Source: Fibrobacteria bacterium (GTDB taxonomy: Bacteria > Fibrobacterota > Fibrobacteria > UBA11236 > JADFYW01). Taken from it: a stretch of DNA of 64,000 nucleotides. A program made the translations under genes and the position numbers. The stretch is from the NCBI GenBank assembly GCA_050294405.1, contig JBNKOC010000001.1, forward strand, positions 32,001-96,000. The letters are read 5' to 3'. This document shows, piece by piece, positions 19,650 through 27,228 of the stretch. The notes under the pieces are model-generated. The model was given only the letters and a program-made list of their open reading frames with translations. It ran no database searches and was not told the origin of the DNA. Numbering within the stretch: position 1 is the stretch's first letter; each line of letters opens with the position of its first letter.

Positions 19650-20117
19650 TTACACCAAATGGTCATTTACAAGCTTAGTCATTTGGAACATGTCTACAGT
19701 TTTTTTGCCATTAAAAACAGCTTTTAAGGCGTCATCTGCATTGATGTTTCTTTTAGCTTTAGGATCTTGAAGTTTGTTCTTCTTGATGTATGCCCAAAGC
19801 TTTTTGGTAAGCTCTGTACGGGGTAGAGGCTTAGCACCTACTACAGCCGCAAGTTTATCATCAGGAGTTACCGGCTTCATAAAAGCGGCACTTGGTTTCC
19901 TTTTAGATTTTTTCTTGGCTGCCTTTTTGGTGGCTTTTTTAGCAACTTTTTTAGTTGCTTTTTTTGCCGCTTTCTTGGTAGCCTTCTTTGCGACTTTTTT
20001 CTTGGTTGCTTTTTTCACCGCTTTCTTAGCAGCTTTTTTGGTTGCCTTCTTGGCAGCCTTTTTTGTTGCTTTTTTTGCGGCGGCTTTTTTTGTTGCTTTT
20101 TTCTTTTTTACTGCCAT
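19650..20117 (-). CDS. Histone H1-like Lys/Ala-rich tail fused to SWIB/MDM2 domain
   Basis: About 70 aa of KKA(T/A)/KKVA repeats, then LAAVVG.KPLPRTELTKKLWAYIKKNKLQDP..KRNINAD (SWIB). Confidence 0.92.
   Translation of the reverse strand: MAVKKKKATKKAAAKKATKKAAKKATKKAAKKAVKKATKKKVAKKATKKAAKKATKKVAKKATKKAAKKKSKRKPSAAFMKPVTPDDKLAAVVGAKPLPRTELTKKLWAYIKKNKLQDPKAKRNINADDALKAVFNGKKTVDMFQMTKLVNDHLV
19900..20108 (-). repeat. Degenerate 12-nt coding tandem repeat (KKAT/KKAA/KKVA units)
   Basis: Directly visible periodic sequence within the SWIB gene. Confidence 0.85.
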
Positions 20118-20217
20118 AGTACCCCAATGGTTAATTGTTTTTTTTAATATAATTTTTTACCCGTGCAAGGGAATTAATAAAAAAAAAAATGAAAATTTTT
20201 TTTGAAATATTTTACCA

Positions 20218-20454
20218 TTATTTCTCTACGAAAGACCTGGGCTTTTCAATTTCCCTTATCATTTTATGTACTGTTTTCAAATCTTCCTGGATATCCTGAC
20301 GGTCAGAATCTACGGATACGGTAACTCCACATACATTGCAAATCATCTGGAGTAATGGTTCCGTATCGGGTAATTCAGAGATAAAACGGTATTTTTTATT
20401 TTGTTGCCGGGTAACAACCATTCTGTTGCAGCGCGGACAAAATTCCAAAAGCAT
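20218..20454 (-). CDS. Small zinc-ribbon-like protein
   Basis: CPRC...CNVC pairs; G-rich SD-like GGGGG just upstream of the ATG. Confidence 0.55.
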   Translation of the reverse strand: MLLEFCPRCNRMVVTRQQNKKYRFISELPDTEPLLQMICNVCGVTVSVDSDRQDIQEDLKTVHKMIREIEKPRSFVEK

Positions 20455-20618
20455 ATAGCCCCCATGAATTTTAACTAGGGCTAATATCCTTTTTTTTTGG
20501 GAGCCGTGGCAAAATATTTTTCAAAAATTTTTTAAGTCCCGCCAGAAATTTCTTTAGTGCAAGTTATTTAAACTGCTCTCATATATATAGTTATGAAACT
20601 TTTTTAGGGGAGACAAAA

Positions 20619-20741
20619 ACCCACCCCGCTTGGAATAAACCTGGTCACGGCACATAATTTCGATACCTACCGTTGCTACTTTCGTCCTGGCGGAGTTCGG
20701 TTCGGCCTTATTGCGTGGGGCCTAAACCTCACGAGATGAGC
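20619..20741 (-). ncRNA. ffs: Small bacterial signal recognition particle RNA (4.5S)
   Basis: Minus strand reads GAACUCCGCCAGG-AC-GAAA-GU-AGCAACGGUAG (SRP54/Ffh-binding motif, 20670-20693); flanks pair (CACGCAAUAA with UUAUGUGCCGUG; GCUCAUCUCG with CGGGGUGGGU); followed by a U-run. Confidence 0.88.
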
Positions 20742-20798
20742 AACCTAATTATAAATTACCAAGCTCATTCTATCAAGTTTATGGACACTTCTAAAAAT

Positions 20799-20900
20799 GG
20801 GGCGTCGCATTGCTCCTTCAAGCTCGAATAGGTTATTCATAAGCTCCCTCGGGTGCCCTCGCAGCTGTGAGGTTCCCCATCCCATCTTGCGACGGGTCCC
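20799..20900. other. GC-rich multibranch structured element (MITE/REP-like remnant or ncRNA)
   Basis: Closing stem GGGGCGTCGCA/TGCGACGGGTCCC enclosing hairpins GAATA-ggt-TATTC and CCTCGC-agct-GTGAGG. Confidence 0.45.
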
Positions 20901-20914
20901 AAAGGCAGGGCGTT

Positions 20915-21454
20915 CTACTCTTCCTCGTCGGCCTGTTTCTGCATTAGGGCTATGTATTCTTCATAGCTAATTAAGGGCTCGCCTTTTGCCATGCGTCGGG
21001 GGTATAAGATTCCATTGAGATGATCGAACTCATGCAAAAATAATCTGGCGAAAAAATCTTCAAACTCAGTTTGAATGCGTTCTCCCTCTCGGTTGTAATA
21101 GGAAACCAATATTTTTTGCGGCCGATACACTAATCCCCTTTTACCAGGAACACTTAAACAACCCTCCCAGTCTATTTCACCTTCTTCGGACTCGTGAATA
21201 AGCTCTGGATTGATTACGGCCTCTACATCCATTTCCGGGCTATTGGGGTAGCGGGGATTAGGCCTTGCTGCCATAATGAATATTCGCTTGGAAACTCCTA
21301 CCTGTGGAGCTGCTATACCTACGCCATCGTATTCAAAACAAGCTTTAATTAAGTCATCAATAAATTGTTGCACTTCGGGATTAGCAATATCTTTAACAGG
21401 TTGGGCTATTCTGCCTAATATTTCATTTCCCTGGGTGATAAGTTCGAGTGACAT
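20915..21454 (-). CDS. def: Peptide deformylase
   Basis: GVGIAAPQVG, EGCLSVP, HEFDHLNG. Confidence 0.96.
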   Translation of the reverse strand: MSLELITQGNEILGRIAQPVKDIANPEVQQFIDDLIKACFEYDGVGIAAPQVGVSKRIFIMAARPNPRYPNSPEMDVEAVINPELIHESEEGEIDWEGCLSVPGKRGLVYRPQKILVSYYNREGERIQTEFEDFFARLFLHEFDHLNGILYPRRMAKGEPLISYEEYIALMQKQADEEE

Positions 21455-21463
21455 GCTTCCTCC

Positions 21464-22192
21464 CTAGATTTTTTTTAATACAAGCAGGGCTCTTTTTTGT
21501 TGTGAGTTGGGAATAGGGTAGGCTGCGTTTTGAACTAATTTATATCCTTTAGGGATGCCTTCAGCAACTTCCTGAGGGGCGGCTGGTCCTTTCATAAAAT
21601 AGCTTAGAGCACCCTTAGGTAAAAAAGCATCGGATATATCTATAGTCTTTTGCATAGATGCAAAGGCACGGCAAATGGTAGCCTCAACCTTTTCCTTAAA
21701 ACTTTCCGGTGTTACTCTATGGGGAAACACCTCGATATTATCTAAAGATAATTTTTTTATAACAGTTTCCAGGAAGGCCACCCTGCGTGGTCGCGGTTCA
21801 GCCAATATTAGTTTTAAAGAAGGGTTTTGAATTTTTAAAATGATTCCGGGAAAGCCAGCCCCACTGCCGATATCCAGAAGGGGAGCTTTAAATGGGAAGT
21901 TACTGATTTTGCGCACAAGCAGACAATCCGCATAATGCCGTTCAGCTATGGTATCAAAGGCATGGAGGCGAGTTAAATCGCTGTCCGTATTGGCTTCCCG
22001 TAACATTTGGTGGTATTCCCACAGTTGGCTCAATTTTTCAGGGTCTATTTCCACCCCGTGATAACTCAGTAAATGGCCTAACAATTTTCGGGAAGGGGAG
22101 CCCTTTGGTTTGGGGCGAAAACTAGCACTTCTCTGAGCTGAAGGTCTTTTTTTGAAGGGAGAATTTTTGTTTTGTTTTAATCGTGGTTTCAT
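21464..22192 (-). CDS. rsmG: 16S rRNA m7G527 methyltransferase
   Basis: N...LTR, RHYADCL, LDIGSGAGFPGI, CRAF, MKG. Confidence 0.88.
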   Translation of the reverse strand: MKPRLKQNKNSPFKKRPSAQRSASFRPKPKGSPSRKLLGHLLSYHGVEIDPEKLSQLWEYHQMLREANTDSDLTRLHAFDTIAERHYADCLLVRKISNFPFKAPLLDIGSGAGFPGIILKIQNPSLKLILAEPRPRRVAFLETVIKKLSLDNIEVFPHRVTPESFKEKVEATICRAFASMQKTIDISDAFLPKGALSYFMKGPAAPQEVAEGIPKGYKLVQNAAYPIPNSQQKRALLVLKKI

Positions 22193-22194
22193 AC

Positions 22195-22227
22195 AAATAA
22201 AAAGCCCGGTAGAAATTTACCGGGCTT
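22195..22227 (-). terminator. Intrinsic terminator downstream of the Bax inhibitor-1 gene
   Basis: AAGCCCGGTA-gaaatt-TACCGGGCTT perfect stem, T-rich tail on the minus strand. Confidence 0.75.
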
Positions 22228-22271
22228 AATAATAGATAATTTTATCCTTTATTTTTTCAGGAGACCCTCAA

Positions 22272-22985
22272 TTAGTCCCTATTGCCTCCGGCAAACTGCA
22301 TAAGCAGGTAGAAAACAGCCTGGAATACCATAAAGACTCCGGCAAATAACATTAAAGCACCAGGAACCGGAGTGTCGATTTCATCATTGTGCAACACTTC
22401 GGATGTGCCACTCACCAGTGTGATGACACCCATGGCTCCAATGCCTGCAGCAATCATAGTGCCCAAAAAGCCCAGGTTAAGAAACATATTCAGGACTATG
22501 GCTCCAAGAATCGCAAAAAAGATTCCGGTCATCATAGCGCGGCTTGGAGCCCAACGTGTGCCACTGAAGTAAACATAACCTGTGACCCCCAAGAAAATAG
22601 CTACGGTTATCCAGGCTGCGGAGGTGACAATGTATTGTCCGCTTAGCCGCTCGCCTATGTAAAGCATTGGGGCTAATACCAGTCCGGAGATAAAGCCGTC
22701 CGCAAAAAGAGCAGCTGTTCCACCCACAGGACTATAGCGAAATTTCATAGCTAATACAGGAACAGCGTTTAAAGCTACCATGGCAATTATCCAGCCCAGC
22801 CAGCCTGTGAACAGACTTAAGACCGCTGGGGAAGAAACACCAACCTTTCCTCCTAAAATCATACCTGCAATCGCTATGGAAAAAAGCAGGTAGGTTTTTT
22901 TCAGCATGGAGCTACGCTCTTTGCTGATGCTAATATCTCTGCTTATTTTGTCTTGAAAACTTAATTCTGAGTGGCCATATGCCAT
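22272..22985 (-). CDS. Bax inhibitor-1/YccA family membrane protein
   Basis: About 7 TM helices, LKKTYLL start, SGLVLAPML; GGAGG SD. Confidence 0.8.
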   Translation of the reverse strand: MAYGHSELSFQDKISRDISISKERSSMLKKTYLLFSIAIAGMILGGKVGVSSPAVLSLFTGWLGWIIAMVALNAVPVLAMKFRYSPVGGTAALFADGFISGLVLAPMLYIGERLSGQYIVTSAAWITVAIFLGVTGYVYFSGTRWAPSRAMMTGIFFAILGAIVLNMFLNLGFLGTMIAAGIGAMGVITLVSGTSEVLHNDEIDTPVPGALMLFAGVFMVFQAVFYLLMQFAGGNRD

Positions 22986-23164
22986 ATTAAAAATCCTCCG
23001 TTGTTTCCAAATAAAATATAAGTAATGGGCTAAAACCGCAATATTTACCGGGCGTAAAAGGAGTTTATGGCTGAAAATTCACCCATGGGAAGATGGAAAC
23101 CGGTGCTTTTCGCGAAAACTTAATTTTTTAAGATGTTTCGCGGGAAAACGGTATGGAAAAAAAA

Positions 23165-24142
23165 TTAGTTAGCTCTAAACAAAGCAGCCGAGGCAATATA
23201 ACCCAGGTACAAAATCAGAAACAAGGAACCGTGAAGCCTTCTTAATTTGCGGCCGCTTAGCAAGGTGAGGGCGAATAACAATATGGCCACAGCAATGTTT
23301 CCCCATACATCCATATTGCTTTGGGAATTATAGGGCATGGGGCGAATTACCGAACTCAAGCCTAATACCCAGAGTATGTTAAACATATTGGAGCCCAGCA
23401 CATTTCCCAAAATAAAATCGGCTTTGTTCTTGCGCGCGGCGGAAACGGAGGCGGCCAATTCCGGAAGGGATGTTCCGATGGCTACAATGGTAATGCCAAT
23501 TAGCCCCTCAGAAATACCCATTTTGGAAGCGATTGTTACGGCTCCGTCCACAACCCATTTTCCCCCCAGGAAAAGTCCCAGCACACCTAACAAAACCATA
23601 AACATGGATTTGGACATAGTCTGGGATTCGTTGGCCGGAAGCTCTTCTTCAAGGGCGGATTTGCGCCCCTTTAAAGTTATGGAAATTGTATAGGCCCAAA
23701 AAATGCCAAAGCTTGCCAGGAGCCAAAAGCCATCTGCACGGGTGAGAAAACGCTCTCCCGTAAAGCTGCCGGTAAAAATCAGCAGTGCCAGCAATAAAAT
23801 AACAGCGATGTGGAAGGTCATTTCAAAGCGAAAGGTATTTTTAGAAACCGCAATGGGAACCATAAAGGCTGAAACGCCTAAAATGAGCAGCACATTGGCC
23901 ATGTTACTTCCCAGAATGTTGCCCATGGCGATTTCGGAATTTCCGGAAAAGCTCGCCAGTATGTTTACAATAAGCTCAGGGGCTGACGTCCCAAAAGCGA
24001 CCACTGTAAGGCCCACCACAATTTCGGGAATTTTAAGACGATAACATATGGCGGCTGCGCCATCCACTAACCAATCGGCCCCTTTAACCAAAAGATAAAG
24101 GCCAAGCGGCAGCAGCAAAATGTTTAGCCAATCGGGAAACAT
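23165..24142 (-). CDS. Calcium/sodium antiporter (YrbG/CaCA family)
   Basis: Two alpha repeats: GTSAPE...GNILGSN and GTSLPE...GNVLGSN. Confidence 0.93.
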   Translation of the reverse strand: MFPDWLNILLLPLGLYLLVKGADWLVDGAAAICYRLKIPEIVVGLTVVAFGTSAPELIVNILASFSGNSEIAMGNILGSNMANVLLILGVSAFMVPIAVSKNTFRFEMTFHIAVILLLALLIFTGSFTGERFLTRADGFWLLASFGIFWAYTISITLKGRKSALEEELPANESQTMSKSMFMVLLGVLGLFLGGKWVVDGAVTIASKMGISEGLIGITIVAIGTSLPELAASVSAARKNKADFILGNVLGSNMFNILWVLGLSSVIRPMPYNSQSNMDVWGNIAVAILLFALTLLSGRKLRRLHGSLFLILYLGYIASAALFRAN

Positions 24143-24145
24143 TTT

Positions 24146-24721
24146 TTATTCGGCTTTTTGAAAATCTTTAAAAAGCTGGCTCGCCTGGGGGGCTTTTTGC
24201 TGGGAATATTTTCCGGTGTAATAGCGGATATCGCCCTTGGGGATTAAGAAATAAACTTGCCCGATACGTATATTGGGATAGATGCGAATGGGGTGGACCA
24301 CTGCTATTTCCAAAGTCCAGGTGGGATACTGGCATTCCCAGTTGTTTTCAGAATCTTGAAAATAGCCCCATCCTATATCGCCAAAACCCGCAGTGATGTG
24401 GGTGTTTATTCCCAAACGGCCAATGGAGCTTCGTCCTTCAAACAAGGGAACAAATTTTAAACTGGTCGCTGTTTCGTTTGTGCAGCCCAGGTAAAGAATA
24501 TTGGGTTCAAGCACAAGGCCCTCGGGGGGAATTTCAATTTTGCGGGTATTGTTATCGGCTTTCATATCCAAATGCCCCCGTTCCCCTAAATCGTAAACCA
24601 AAAGGCTGGAGTTCAAAGTAACATCATATGAATTAGGGCCTAAATGTTTTTCCACAAAAGGGTGGATAATAATATTTTCATTTTCTATTTCATTTTTAAT
24701 TTGAGGGCCAGTTAGTATCAT
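24146..24721 (-). CDS. dcd: dCTP deaminase
   Basis: MILTG, PNSYDV, EGRSSIGRLG, TAGFGD, WTLEI, GKY; start placed at MILTG. Confidence 0.88.
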   Translation of the reverse strand: MILTGPQIKNEIENENIIIHPFVEKHLGPNSYDVTLNSSLLVYDLGERGHLDMKADNNTRKIEIPPEGLVLEPNILYLGCTNETATSLKFVPLFEGRSSIGRLGINTHITAGFGDIGWGYFQDSENNWECQYPTWTLEIAVVHPIRIYPNIRIGQVYFLIPKGDIRYYTGKYSQQKAPQASQLFKDFQKAE

Positions 24722-24731
24722 AAATAAAACC

Positions 24732-26135
24732 TTGTTAGATGCTACCAAAGTTATAAAAAGCCCGGAATTCCGGCATCTTTGGTGTTTTATAAGGGGCTTG
24801 TTACTTTTTTTTGCCTGTCTGGGATATGTAGCCGCAAAACCTGTGGTGGGCCCATCACCACCTGCTAAAAATCCGCCTAGAGTTTATAAAATGATTTCTC
24901 TGGCCCCCGATAAAAACAGGGAACTTCGGGCTTTGCCCCTTTTTTTAGCTGTGCCGGATTCGCTTTGCTTTTTGGATTTTGAGAAATTTGTATGGAGTGA
25001 AGATAGCGCGGCTTTTGAAATGCTGGAGAAGGTTCCCCAATGGTGTGGGTATTCGGATTCCAGAGAAATGTCCATTAAATTTTTAGTGTTGTGCAGGTTC
25101 ATCTGGCAGGGAAAATACCGTGAGGCCAAAGAAGCTTTTGTGTATTTCAGGAGACAAAAACACGGTGAGTTTCTGGAATACTGTTTGGGGATTAATCAGG
25201 GACTTTTAAAATTTGCGCTGGGTGAGCCCGATATCGCCAGAAAAGAATTGGAAAAGGTATTGAAAAAATTCCCCTGGAAGGAAGCGGGATGGAAAAATTT
25301 GTTTTCCATAAATATCGCCCTGGAAGAATATGAAAAGGCAGATATCCTGGTGGAAGAAGTATTGGATACTTTGCCAAAATCTATTTGGGCGCAGCGCTAC
25401 AAAATAAACCTCATACAAATGTTAGGTACGGAAAATGATTTGGCCCAGTATTTAAGAGACAAATCCTCCTGGAAAGATTCCTTATTTGCCATACAAATAT
25501 CCTACGGAAAATTTCTCAAGGATAAGGGAGAAACGGAAATGGCCATCAAATATTACTCCCGGGGTTTGGAAGGAAATCCCGAAAATGGGGAGGGTTGGCT
25601 GGAATTGTCTGAACTTTTTTTCAATAAAGGAATGCAGGAGCTTTCCATCCAGTGTTTGGAAAACGCAATTCAGGCGGGGATAAACTCTTCCAAATACTTT
25701 GAAATATTAAGCGGCTTATTTCGGGAAAGAATATACGGGAGCTTTTTAATGTTGAGGCAAAAAAAAGAAGAAATGGAAAATTGCGTGCGCAGTTGGCGTC
25801 CCGGAGAATGTAGCTTGTATTATCAAAAATTGTTGGCCGATATTAAAAAGAATCATTTTGAAGGTTTGACCAAATTTGCCGAGCAGGCTTTTTTACAGGG
25901 ACGCTATTCCAGAAATTTAACTCAATGTTTGTATTATATGTATGGATTTCAGGGCAGGGTTAGCGCGGCCCGAAACTTAAAATCCCAATTCTATTTTCAT
26001 TTTGAAAGCCCCTTTCCCAATTACATTCCCTTTGGAATGGGCGAAGAAAGAAACAAATTGTGGAGATTGGAAATCCCCGGATCTTCGCTGATTAGGGCCT
26101 TTTCTTTGTATTACAATGATTTTCCTGAAATTTAA
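24732..26135 (+). CDS. Exported TPR-repeat protein
   Basis: Signal-like segment and several TPR-like helix pairs (AIKYYSRGLEGNPENGEGW); true start uncertain. Confidence 0.65.
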   Translation: MLDATKVIKSPEFRHLWCFIRGLLLFFACLGYVAAKPVVGPSPPAKNPPRVYKMISLAPDKNRELRALPLFLAVPDSLCFLDFEKFVWSEDSAAFEMLEKVPQWCGYSDSREMSIKFLVLCRFIWQGKYREAKEAFVYFRRQKHGEFLEYCLGINQGLLKFALGEPDIARKELEKVLKKFPWKEAGWKNLFSINIALEEYEKADILVEEVLDTLPKSIWAQRYKINLIQMLGTENDLAQYLRDKSSWKDSLFAIQISYGKFLKDKGETEMAIKYYSRGLEGNPENGEGWLELSELFFNKGMQELSIQCLENAIQAGINSSKYFEILSGLFRERIYGSFLMLRQKKEEMENCVRSWRPGECSLYYQKLLADIKKNHFEGLTKFAEQAFLQGRYSRNLTQCLYYMYGFQGRVSAARNLKSQFYFHFESPFPNYIPFGMGEERNKLWRLEIPGSSLIRAFSLYYNDFPEI

Positions 26136-26146
26136 GAGAGCTACCC

Positions 26147-26578
26147 TCAATTAGTTTCGCCGTAATAAGTGGCCACCAGATTTCTGCTGCCGCCATAATC
26201 CCGATGTTCGCAAAGGTAAATGCCCTGCCAGGTTCCCAAAGCAAGGCTACCCGAAGCGATGGGTAAAGTAATTTGATTTCCCAAAAGGGAAGATTTTAGG
26301 TGGGCGGGCATATCGTCGGGCCCTTCCATGGTATGGATGTAATGTGGCGCGTTTTCGGGAACCATAACATTAAAATGAGATTCAAAATCCACACGAACAT
26401 CGGGATCGGCATTTTCGTTAATGGTTAGCGAGGCCGAAGTGTGCTGGATAAAAAGGTGGAAAATGCCTTTTTTAATTTTTTTAAGATCAGTTGTATGCTC
26501 GAGCACTTCCCGCGTAACCAGATGAAAGCCCCGGCGTTTTGCACCCAGGGAAAAGCGGTTTTGAAACCAAACAGTCAT
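26147..26578 (-). CDS. yjbQ: YjbQ/UPF0047 family (secondary thiamine-phosphate synthase)
   Basis: QHTSASLTINENADPDV, EGPDDMPAH.K, LGTWQGIYLCEHR. Confidence 0.92.
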   Translation of the reverse strand: MTVWFQNRFSLGAKRRGFHLVTREVLEHTTDLKKIKKGIFHLFIQHTSASLTINENADPDVRVDFESHFNVMVPENAPHYIHTMEGPDDMPAHLKSSLLGNQITLPIASGSLALGTWQGIYLCEHRDYGGSRNLVATYYGETN

Positions 26579-26596
26579 GGAAACAAAACTAAAAAA

Positions 26597-27202
26597 TTAG
26601 TTGTAGGATTTGTTGTAAATCTGCGCTGCCCTGCGGATTTTTCCCCGGTTAAACAGCTCGGGAATAATGCTTCCCCCCACAAGCCCAAAGGTAAGGCCTG
26701 CTCCAAATAAAATATGGGAGTTACGGTATTCGCCAAAGAAATACTCTCTTTCCTGCAATCCCACAAAAGTCAGAGTGCCTGTGACCATGCTGCCTGCTAA
26801 CATGAGCACAGTGGCTGTTTTTCTAAGGTAATAAAAAGCCATAATCCTTTTAGCTTCCGAATTATCACTAATGGCTTTTTTAAAATCGCTTCCAAACCAA
26901 CCAATGGGCACCCTGTATAAACTTTCGGAGGGTTTAGAAAAAAAGGAGGGTTCCACTCCCTGATATTGGCTGGAATCATTGGAGGAACTGCCTGTGCGAA
27001 AATAAAGATAACTGGAAAACCTATCCAGCAAACCTAAGTTATAATGGAGTCTGATTTGAGGTTGGGAAGGACCCATAGATTGGATCTTTTCCAGAGAATC
27101 CAACTCGCTGGCGGTGGAAGGAATATTCATATTCCGGGCGTCTGTTCCGCTTTGAGCCCAGGTAAAACCTGTAAATAAAAACAATAAAAAAAAGCTTTTC
27201 AC
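26597..27202 (-). CDS. Hypothetical exported/membrane protein
   Basis: Signal peptide ending WA-Q, two C-terminal hydrophobic segments. Confidence 0.6.
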   Translation of the reverse strand: MKSFFLLFLFTGFTWAQSGTDARNMNIPSTASELDSLEKIQSMGPSQPQIRLHYNLGLLDRFSSYLYFRTGSSSNDSSQYQGVEPSFFSKPSESLYRVPIGWFGSDFKKAISDNSEAKRIMAFYYLRKTATVLMLAGSMVTGTLTFVGLQEREYFFGEYRNSHILFGAGLTFGLVGGSIIPELFNRGKIRRAAQIYNKSYN

Positions 27203-27228
27203 AGCTTTTATTATAAAATGCTTTTAGG

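Noticed and set aside
19774..20205. 143-aa + strand ORF rich in F/L/A/V
   Set aside because: Antisense shadow of the Lys/Ala repeat in the SWIB gene
20746..20914. Possible Alu domain of a large SRP RNA, or 6S RNA
   Set aside because: No helix 6 in the S domain, no pairing with the ffs 3' end, and the element is multibranched rather than a long rod with a central bubble
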